Source of the DNA: Octopus sinensis
Taxonomy: Eukaryota
Reading direction: 5' to 3'
Length of the DNA: 64,000 nt
Assembly: GCF_006345805.1 (NCBI RefSeq)
Contig: NC_043007.1
Coordinates: forward strand, 24,614,001 to 24,678,000
In this document: positions 1-10,475 of the stretch, one piece after another
How positions within the stretch are numbered: the stretch's first letter is position 1
Layout: every line of letters starts with the position of its first letter
Notes under the pieces: generated by a model
Seen by the model: only the letters and a program-made list of their open reading frames with translations
What the model was told of the DNA's origin: nothing
Databases searched by the model: none
Translations under genes and position numbers: made by a program

Positions 1-1380
1 TGGCCAGACTCCCAAACGGAGAGAGGAACTGGAGTGAGGTGACGAGCAAGGTGGAGGCCATAGTACGGACCTGGTCCGGAAGGTTTCTGTCCTTGAAAGG
101 AAGGGCGGAGGTGGTACAGATGTTCATTGCATCTGTAATCACTTACCGCCTGACCGTTGTCCCTTGCCCCGATTCATGGCTTAGCAAGTTGGAGCGAATC
201 CTTTTCCGCTTTTTGTGGAAGGGAGGAAAGCCACTTGTGAGGCGCTCCGTTTGCTGCAGGAACCGTTAAAGGGTGGGTTAGGAATGCCTTGCTTGATGAT
301 GCGCGCAGACATGCGTTGAGGCTGAAGCATCTTTGGCACCACCTGGAGGTGATAAGGTGGGAGTCCGCTGGCAGGGGAATTTTTCCCGAGACCGGCCCTC
401 CTAGCGAATTTTAAACCCGGTCGCATCAAAAGATGGAAACTGACTTTATGGCAAAAGAGTGCCGACAGGCACTCACGCTGATCCACAAGGCGGGCAAGGC
501 CGGCTGCGGAAATACCACCTCGGTATTTTATAGAAGGCTGGTAGAGGCAAAGAACGACGACGTCCTAGGAGGGGCTCTGGGGTTTGACGAAGACCAGCTT
601 ACCAACCTGTTTAAAAAGACTTTCAGGACGGGGTACTTGGATAATTTCCAAAGATCCCTGGCCTGGCAGTGCTATAGGAATGCTTTACCTGTTCGCGAGA
701 AGTTATTGCGGCACGGAATTTCAGTGCCACCGACGTGTCCAAGGTGCGAGTTGGACGATGAAACCGTCCAGCACGCTTTGTACACTGTCGGAGTTGTCAG
801 ACTTGATAAGTTACGCAGAACACGTGTGTTATCGCATCTGGGACAGTACAGCTGTCGGCTGAGTCTATGATTAAGATGATACCGCCAACTGGACTCTCGA
901 AGGAAGGTGAGGCATGTTTTCACTGCACGGTTGCAGTAGTAAAAGAATGCATGTGGAGAACAAGAATGGAAGGAGTCCGCGATAGGACGTCGCTCGGGCC
1001 CCGGCTTGCTCACTTACTTCCAGATATCATCTGAGAGAGCAAAATGGGGCTGGAAAAGAGGATCTTACCACGGGGTGTGTATAAAAAGATGGAGGAAGTG
1101 GAAAAAAAGGTGGGTGTCAGAAACCCAGCTTAACTATGGAGGAGGAGAGAAACAAAAGCTGCGGGGCCTTATAAATTGCCGGGGTTTAAAACTTCGGTAA
1201 GATCGAAAGGTTATGAAATGTTATAAGATTCTATTGGTCACGTAAAGGACAATTTATAGACGAATTTTTTAATCCAAATGTTATGGAAAATTTTAAATCG
1301 AACCTCTTAATTATTTGTTTTGCATGTATGTCTGTATTTGTACTTCTATGTACGAGTATATCGTAATAAAGAAATTCCTT
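1..1380 (+). mobile_element. 3' portion of an L1/Tx1-clade LINE (ORF2 thumb + zf-RVT, frameshifted) with 3' UTR
   Basis: ORF pieces read WSGRFLSLKGRAEVVQMFIASVITY..FLWKG, then PLKGGLGMP, then LAWQCYRNALPVREKL..CPRCELDDETVQHAL (CCHC zf-RVT). AATAAA at 1365-1370. Confidence 0.85.
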
Positions 1381-1952
1381 ATTATTGCTTTCCTCCTGGC
1401 TATAACACACGAACTACGAACCGCAGGATGATGAATAATATCAGAAGTCATATTTAAGTTCACGACCTGTCCCTCTTTCATTTTTTTGCAATATTATTAT
1501 CACCATCAAGCCTTATTATTGTGTCCCCCATATATTATCGTTATCCTTCGTCTCAAATGCTAGCTGAAGCCATATAACTTTCGCTCACAAAAACTTATTC
1601 ACACGACCGCAAAAAAAACATCTCGTCTCAAATCTGTCTTTCTGTCGCTTAATTCTCTAACCCATCTTTCCCAACTTCCACTCATAGAAAATTATGCACA
1701 CGACCGCAAACCTTTCCATCTCAAATCTTGCCTTTCTTACTGCCGCCTAAATCTCTTCTTCTCCCAGTGCGCAGTGCGCCCGCCTCCCACCAGTACCGGA
1801 AGTCCTTATCTCACCTTGCCTTCCTTTGCTTTTCTCCATGAACACCTAAAGGCCTTAAACCAATACCACCCTTCTATATATGGTGGTGACCATACGGCGC
1901 AAAACATGTTAGTGCAGTGTAACAGGTTGAACTTAAGTTCATTGCTTTGCTT

Positions 1953-4900
1953 ATGAATTCTGCCAAATGCGAGTTTTCTTCTTCTTTTCAGTACATGACG
2001 GCACTGCTCCCCGTCCCTGGGCCTCTCGGGTCAATACCTTCCACCCCCTCAGGGTGGGCACCCTCAACGCTGGCACACTGAAAGGTAGGTCTGGCGAGAT
2101 AGTCAAGATACTTGAACGGAGACGTGTTGACGTATGTTGTATGCAAGAAATAAGGTGGAGAGGAGGATCTGCTAGGTTCCTCACAGGCAAGGAACACAGG
2201 TACAAGATTTTCTGGGCAGGGAACACTGACGGGGTTGGTGGCGTGGGTATACTTATCGCTGAGAAATGGATAGAGTAATTGAGGTAATCAGAGTAAGTGA
2301 CAGAATACTTAAGATTAGAATAGTGCTTCATAATAGATTAGCAACCATTATATCGGCCTATGCCCCTCAGCCAGGGCTACCCGATGGACAGAAAGACAGT
2401 TTCTATGACACCCTACTGCAGACCACCTCATTGACGAACGACAGGGACCTTCTCTTTGTGGCTGGTGATTTCAATGGGCATGTTGGACGACATGCTGGGG
2501 GGCTTCCATGGCGTCCATGGAGGCTACGGTTATGGTTCCCGCAACGAGGAGGGAACCAGGCTGCTGGAGTTCTGCGATGCGAATAGTCTTATGATCTGCA
2601 ACACTAACTTCAGGAAACCAACAAGCCCCTGGTCACCTACCGATCGGGCCGGCATACTAGCCAATCGACTACATCCTCGCCAGAAAAAGGGAAAGATGGC
2701 TGCTTATAAATGCCAAAACCTTCCCAGGCGAAGAATGCACCCCACAACATAGACTGGTAGTTAGTGACTTTAGGATCAGGACTAAGAGGGCGACTAGAAG
2801 ACGACCAACATGGAGAAGAAGGGTCTGGAAGCTTAAAGACCCTGCGAATGGACAGAGATTTAGAGATATGTTACTTGAAGCCTTTGACGAAGTGGAAGGG
2901 GGTATAGCTACACATGGGGTAGAAGACAACTGGACGTTTCTGAGGGACAACCTGCTGAAGCCGCTGACCAGATCTGTGGCTGGTGCAAAGTCCCCTTAAG
3001 ACCCAAAATAACATGGTGGTGGAACAATATTGTTGATAGGGCTATTAGACAAAAGAAACAGGCTGGGAAGGCCTGGAAGAACGGTGGTAGCAGGGAAGTG
3101 TATCAGACTGCCAGAAGGGAAGCTAGGAGACAGGTCTATCTAGCCAGAGGGGAAGCAGATAAAAGAAAATTTGCCAATGTCCTGCGCCGTGAGGATGAAA
3201 GACTTGAGGTATTTCGTGTTGCAAGACAGTGTGTGAGAGAGAATCGAGATGTGGTAGGAGAGAAATGTGTTCGCATGGAGGATGGTTCACTTGCGCTAAA
3301 TGAGGATGCAAAGAGAGAAGCTTGGAGACGCCACTATGAAAGGTTGCTGAATGAGGAAAATGAATGGGATAAAGAGAGTCTGCCGAATGTTGACCCAACA
3401 GAGGGACCAGCTATCCGAGTTGATAGTTCCGTGGTAGCTAAGGCAATTAGAAGCATGAAGACAGGGAAAGCCCCAGGCCCATCAGGAATTACTGCAGAGA
3501 TGCTCAAAATATCTGGTAGTGTCGGCTATAGCATAGTCACCCGTATAGTTAACCAGGTGATACACGGAGTCATACCCAATGACTGGTGTAGCAGCATAAT
3601 AGTCAACTGCTACAAAGGTAAAGGCGATGCCCTAGATACAAATAACTACAGGGGCATCAAGCTGTTGGATCAGGTAATGAAGGTTACGGAGAGGGTTATA
3701 ACCCAGTTAATTAGAGGGAGAGTTAGCTTAGATGATATACAGTTTGGGTTCGTGCCAGGGAAAAGTACTACTGATGCTATATTCCTGGTAAGACAGCTGC
3801 AGGAGAAATACCTAGCCAAAGGTAAGCCCTTGTACCTGGCTCTTGTTGACTTAGAGAAAGCCTTTGACAGGGTCCCCCGATCCCTTATCTGGTGGTCAAT
3901 GAGGAAACTAGGGATAGATGAATGGTTAGTGAGAGCTGTGCAAGCCATGTACAGAGACGCAGCTAGTCAGGTGAGGGTTGGCAACGAGTACAGTGAAGAA
4001 TTCCGGGTAGAGGTTGGGGTCCACCAAGGTTCAGTCCTCAGCCCCCTCCTATTTATCATAGTCCTCCAGGCAATAACGGAAGAATTTAAGACAGGATGCC
4101 CCTGGGAGCTCCTATATGCTGATGACCTTGCTCTAATTGCTGAGTCACTATCAGAACTGGAGGAGAAGTTTCAGGTGTGGAAACAAGGATTAGAATCGAA
4201 GGGCCTTAGAATCAACCTAGCCAAACCAAAGTCCTATAAGTAGGAAGGTGGACCAACCACAAACGACTTCAGGTAGATGGCCCTGCTCGATCTGTAAAAA
4301 AGGTGTAGGTAGAAACTCTATAAGGTGCACAAGTGTAAGCTATGGACACATAAGAGGTGCAGCAATGTCAAAGGAAGGCTAACTAAGAAAATAGTTTTTG
4401 TCTGTGGCAGATGCTCAGAGAAATGAACACTGGAAATGTGCAGAGACCAACTTCTACCACGTTCCAGGGAGACAAACTAGAAGTAGTTGATAGCTTCCGC
4501 TACCTAGGAGACCAAGTCAGTAGCGGGGGTGGGTGTGCTGAAAGTGTAACTGCTAGAGTAAGAATAGCCTGGGCAAAGTTTAGAGAGCTCTTACCCCTGC
4601 TGGTGACAAAAGGCCTCTCGCTAAGAGTAAAAGGCAGACTATATGATGCGTGTGTACGTACAGCCATGCTACATGGTAGTGAAACATGGGCCGTGACAGC
4701 TGAGGATATGCGTAAGCTTGCAAGAAATGAGCCAGTATGCTCCGATGGATGTGTAATGTCAGTGTTCATAATCGTCAGAGTGTAAGTACTTTGAGAGAAA
4801 AGTTGAACCTAAGAAGTGTCAGTTGTGGTGTGCAAGAGAGACGGCTGCCCTGGTATGGTCATGTGATGAGAATGGCTGAAGATAGTTTGTGCAAAAGTGC

Positions 4901-5062
4901 TACACCCTAGCAGTTGAGGGAACCTGTGGAAGAGGTAGACCCAGGAAAACCTGGGACGAGGTGGTGAAGCACGACCTTCGAACTTTAGGTCTCACCAAGG
5001 AAATGACTGAAGACCGAGTCCTATGGAAGTGTGCTGTGCATGAGAGGACCTGGCAGGACTAG
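1953..5062 (+). pseudogene. RTE copy 1 ORF (APE endonuclease - reverse transcriptase with PHD-type insert), several frameshifts
   Basis: APE: LRVGTLNAGTLKGRS, CCMQEIRW, ISAYAPQ, GDFNGHVG. RT: KAPGPSGI, NYRGIKLL, QFGFVPGKSTTDAIF, LVDLEKAFDRVP, GVHQGSVLSPLLF, LLYADDL. Ends ..HERTWQD* (TAG 5060-5062). Probable start MNSAK at 1953. Confidence 0.93.
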
Positions 5063-6790
5063 TCAGGCCATATCCCGTGGCCCCTACCTGGGACGTAGTC
5101 GATCCACCTGTGCATACCTTCCTTCTTGTGACACTTGTGAAGACCTGCTGAGGCAAGTGAAAATCAATCAAAATAGATGAACATCAATGGAATTTGTATC
5201 TTGTGGTACCAGTGCCTATGGCACACAAGAAAACCATCCGAACGTGGCCTCCGTGCTGTGGGAACATGGTGGCACATAAAAACACCATCCGAAGACCCGG
5301 CAAGACTAGTCAGGTCATAACCCGTGGGCCCTACCTGGGACGTAGTCAGTCCACCTGTACATACCTTCCTTCTTGTGACACTTGTGAAGACCTGCTGAGG
5401 CAAGTGAAAAAAATCAAATCAAATCAACAACAAATCAAAATAGATTGAACATCAATGGAATTTGTATCCTTGTGGTACCAGTGCCGGTGGCACACAAGAA
5501 TCCATTCGAACGTGGCCGTAGTCAGTACCTGGCTTGTGTACCAGTGCGCGGTGGCACACAGAATCCATCCGAACGTGGCCGTAGTCAGTACCGCATCACT
5601 GGCCATCGTGCTGTGGGCACATAACAAACACCCGTGTCGTGGCCGTTCGCCAGCCTCATCTAGCACCTGTGTCGGTGGCACATAAAAACACCTTCCGAAG
5701 ACCCGGCAAGACTAGTCAGGCCATAAACCATGGCCCCTACCTGGGACGCTAGTCAGTCCACCTGTGCATACCTTCCTCCTTGTGATACTTGTGAAGGCCT
5801 GTTGAGGCAAGTGAAAATGAAAATCAAAATCAAATCAAAATAGATGAACATCAATGGAATTTGTATCTTTGTGGTACCAGGCCGGTGGCACACAAGAGAA
5901 AACCATCCGAAAGTGGCCGTAGCCAGTACCGCATCGACTGGCCTCCGTGCTGTGGGCACATGACAAACACCATCCGATCGTGGCCGTTCGCCAGCCTCAT
6001 CTAGCACCTGTGTCGGTGGCACATAAAAACACCATCCGAAGACCCGGCAAGACTAGTCAGGCCATAACCCATGGCCCCTACCTGGGACGTAGTCAGTCCA
6101 CCTGTGCATGCCTTCCTTCTTGTGACACTTGTGAAGACCTGTTGAGGCAAGTGAAAATCAAAAAAAATCAATCAAAATAGATGAACATCATGGAATCTGT
6201 ATCTTTGTGGTACCAGTGCCGGTGGCACACAAGAGAACCATCCGAACGTGGCCGTAGCCAGTTCCGCATCGACCGGCCTCCGTGCTGTGGGCACGTAACA
6301 AACACCATCCGATCATGGCCGTTCGCCAGCCTCATCTGGCACCTGTGTCGGTGGCACATAAAAACACCTTCCAAAGACCCGGCAAGACTAGTCAGTCCAC
6401 CTGTGCATACCTTCCTTCTTGTGACACTTGTGAAGACCGGTTGAGGCAAGTGAAAATCAAATCAAATCAAAATAGACAAAATAGATGAACATCAATGGAA
6501 TTTGTATCTTGTGGTAGCAGTGCCTGTGGCACACAAGAAAAACCATCAGTGCTGTAGTCAGTGCGGTGGGCACATGACAAACACCATCCGATCGTGGCCG
6601 TTCGCCAGCCTCATCTAGCACCTGTGTCGGTGGCACATAAAAACACCATCCGAAGACCCGGCAAGACTAGTCAGGCCATAACCCATGGCCCCTACCTGGG
6701 ACGTAGTCAGTCCACCTGTGCATACCTTCCTTCTTGTGACACTTGTGAAGACCTGCTGAGGCAAGTGAAAAAAAAAACAAAACAAATCAA
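5047..6790 (+). repeat. Tandem array of 6 copies of the RTE ORF-end/proximal 3' UTR + (AAATC)n + spacer (period ~250-400 bp)
   Basis: GACCCGGCAAGACTAGTCAG..GAGGCAAGTGAAAATC starts at 5047, 5294, 5700, 6041, 6376 and 6655. Confidence 0.92.
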
Positions 6791-7340
6791 TAGATGAACA
6801 TCAATGGAATTTGTATCTATGTGGTACCAGTGCCGGTGGCACGGGCACATAAGAAACTATCCGAACGTGGCCGTAGCCAGTACCGCATCGACTGGCCTCC
6901 GTGCTGTGGGCACGTAACAAGCACCATCCGATCGTGGCCGTTTGCCAGCCTCATCTGGCACCTGTGTCGGTGGCACATAAAACCATCCGAGCGTGCTGTC
7001 TGCCAGCCTCGTCTGGCACCTGTGTCGGTGGCACATAAAAAACACCATCCGAGCGTGGCCGTCTGCCAGCCTCGTCTGGCACCTGTGTCGGTGGCACATA
7101 AAAAACACCATCCGAGCGTGGCCGTTTGCCACCTCGTCTGGCACCTGTGTCGGTGGCACATAAAATCACCCACTACACTCTCGGAGTGGTTGGCGTTAGG
7201 AAGGGCATCCAGCTGTAGAAACACTGCCAGATCTGACTGGACTGGTGCAGCTTTCGGGCTCCCCAGACCCCAGTTGAACCGTCCAACCCATGCTAGCTGG
7301 AAAGCGGACGTTAAATGATGATGATGATGATGATGATGAT

Positions 7341-7356
7341 ATATATAATATATATG

Positions 7357-7391
<35 letters not shown>

Positions 7392-7437
7392 GTATATTAT
7401 AATATATGTATATATGTATAATATATATATATATGTA

Positions 7438-7475
<38 letters not shown>

Positions 7476-7590
7476 GTATATATAATATAATATTATGTAT
7501 ATATATATATATATATTATATGTTATATATATAATATATATATGTATATATATATATATATATGTATAATATATGTATATATATATATGT

Positions 7591-7625
<35 letters not shown>

Positions 7626-7784
7626 TTATATATTTATAATGTATATAATATGTAATTATATATATATGTATATATATATATATGTATATATATTATATAT
7701 AGTATTATATATGTAATATATATATATGTCTATATATATTATATATATATTATAATATATATATATAATATATACACTTGCGTG

Positions 7785-7816
<32 letters not shown>

Positions 7817-7950
7817 TTGCGTGTATATATAATATAATATACTATATATATATATATATCTAATATATATGATATTGTATGTATATATATATAAAATTCT
7901 GTATATTATATATATATTTAATATATGTATATATATAATATATTGTGTAT

Positions 7951-8000
<50 letters not shown>

Positions 8001-8087
8001 ATATATAATTATTATATGTATATATATATAACTATATATATATGTATATATATATATTATATTAGTATATATATATATATATGTATA

Positions 8088-8142
<55 letters not shown>

Positions 8143-8311
8143 TTATATATATCTATATTAGTATATATATATGTAATATATATATATATATAGGTGTATA
8201 TATTATATATATATATATGTGTATATATATATATATATATGTGTATATATATATATATATGTGTATATATATATATGTTATATATATATGATTATATATA
8301 TATATAATATA

Positions 8312-8344
<33 letters not shown>

Positions 8345-8418
8345 GTTATATATATATATATATAGATATATTATATATATAATATATAATATATATGTAT
8401 ATATATAATATATATATA

Positions 8419-8467
<49 letters not shown>

Positions 8468-8472
8468 TATTG

Positions 8473-8512
<40 letters not shown>

Positions 8513-8513
8513 T

Positions 8514-8565
<52 letters not shown>

Positions 8566-8629
8566 TATGTATATATATATATCTATAATATAATATATAT
8601 ATATAATATATATATGTATATATATAATA

Positions 8630-8666
<37 letters not shown>

Positions 8667-8770
8667 ATGTATATAATATATATATATATATTATGTATAT
8701 ATTATATATATATATGTATAATATATATATATATATTATGTATATATATATATATATATATATATAATGT
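7341..8770. repeat. ~1.4 kb imperfect (AT)n microsatellite between the two RTE tails
   Basis: Almost pure alternating A/T with scattered G. Confidence 0.98.
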
Positions 8771-9337
8771 CTCATCATCATCATCATCATCATTAGCGTC
8801 CGTTTTCCATGCTAGCATGGTTGGACGGTTCAACTGGGGTCTGGGGAGCCCGAAGGCTGCACCAGGCCAGTCAGATCTGGCAGTGTTTCTACAGCTGGAT
8901 GCCCTTCCTAACGCCAACCACTCCGAGAGTGTAGTGGGTGATTTTATGTGCCACCGACACAGGTGCCAACGAGGCTGGCGAACGGCCACGCTCGGATGGT
9001 GTTTTTTATGTGCCACCGACACAGGTGCAGACGAGGAGGCTGGCAGACGGCCACGCTCGGATGGTGTTTTTTATGTGCCACCGACACAGGTGCCAGATGA
9101 GGCTGGAGGTGCCAGACGAGCTGGCAGACGGCCACGCTCGGACGGTGTTTTTTATGTGCCACCGACACAGGTGCCAGATGAGGCTGGCGAACGGCCACGA
9201 TCGGATGGTGTTTGTTACGTCCCCAAAGCACGGAGGCCAGTCTATGCGGTACTGGCTACGGCCACGTTCGGATGATTTTCTTGTGTGCCACCGGCACTGG
9301 TACCACAAAGATACAAATTCCATTTATGTTCATCTAT

Positions 9338-10475
9338 CTTGATTTGTTTTGATTTGATTTGATTTTCACTTCACTGCCTCAACAGGTCTTCACAAGTGTC
9401 ACTTGCCTCAACAGGTCTTCACAAGTGTCACAAGAAGGAAGGTATGCACAGGTGGACTGTCTACGTCGCCGGGTCTTCGGATGGTGTCTTTATGTGCCAC
9501 CGACACAGGTGCCAGATGTGGCTGGCGAACGGCCACGATCGGATGGTTTTCTTGTGTGCCACCGGTACTGGAACCACAAAGATACAAATTCCATTGATGT
9601 TCATCTATTTTGATTTGGTTTGATTTTCACTTGCCTCAACAGGTCTTCACAAGTGTCACGCGTGTCACACACTTGCCTCAACAGGTCTCCACAAGTGTCA
9701 CACACTTGCCTCTGCCTCAACAGGTCTTCACAAAGTGTCACACACTTGCCTCTGCCTCAACAGGTCTTCACAAGGTCATAAGAGGGAAGGTATGCACAGG
9801 TGGACTGACTACGTCGCCGGGTCTTTGGATGGTGTTTTTTGTGCCACCGACACAGGTGCCAGTGAGCTGGCGAACGGCCACGATCAGATGGTGTTTGTGT
9901 GCCCACAGCACGGAGGCCAGTCGATGCGGTACCAGCTACGGCCACTTCGGATGGTTTTCTTGTGTGCCACCGGTACTGGAACCACAAAGATACAAATCCA
10001 TTGATATTCATCTATTTTGATTTGGTTTGATTTTCACTTGCCTCAACAGGTCTTCACAAGTGTCACACACTTGCCTCAACAGGTCTTCACAAGTGTCATA
10101 AGAGGGAAGGTATGCACAGGTGGACTGACTACGTCGCCGGGTCTTCGGATGGTGTCTTTATGTGCCACCGGCACAGGTGCCAGATGAGGCTGGCGAACGG
10201 CCACGATCGGATGGTGTTTGTTGTGCCCACAGCACGGAGGCCAGTCGATGCGTACTGGTTACGGCACGTTTGGGTGGTTTTCTTGTGTGCCACCGGCACT
10301 GGTACCACAAGAATACAATTCCACTGATGTTCATCTATTTTGATTTGTTTTGATTTGATTTGATTTTCACTTGCCTCAACAGGTCTTCATAAGTGTCACA
10401 AGAAGGAAGGTATGCACAGGACTGACTACGTCCGGTCGGGGCCACGGTTATGGCCTGACTAGTCTTGCCGGGTCT
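9338..10475 (-). repeat. Tandem array of 4 copies of the RTE ORF-end segment + (GATTT)n + spacer in copy 2
   Basis: GATTT tails at ~9338, 9612, 10017 and 10338. CCGGGTC unit starts at ~9469, 9818, 10137 and 10468. Internal sub-duplications of CACTTGCCTCAACAGGTCTTCACAAGTGTC. Confidence 0.9.

Larger units (their letters stand above)
1770..7340 (+). mobile_element. Full-length RTE-clade LINE, copy 1 (5' UTR, APE-RT ORF, long repeat-containing 3' UTR, (GAT)n tail)
   Basis: 5' region is homologous to copy 2 from ~1770. APE and RT motifs present. Ends GGACGTTAAATGATGATGAT at 7306-7340. Confidence 0.9.

Noticed and set aside
1975-1995. Splice acceptor (TTTTCTTTTCAG) just before the APE domain in both RTEs, suggesting a spliced LINE
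   Set aside because: An ATG (MN(S/T)AK) lies just upstream in both copies and is in frame in copy 2 (copy 1 needs one G restored). A 3 nt indel between the copies keeps that frame, so ordinary coding sequence is the simpler reading. Not fully excluded without RNA data.
5047-6790. CRISPR-like repeat/spacer array next to a reverse transcriptase
   Set aside because: The spacers are homologous to each other, the repeats are >100 bp pieces of the LINE 3' end, there are no cas genes, and the context is eukaryotic.
7869-8793. Long Tyr/Ile-rich ORFs (also near 28070, 30143, 44364, 59554)
   Set aside because: Translations of (AT)n microsatellites, which lack stop codons.
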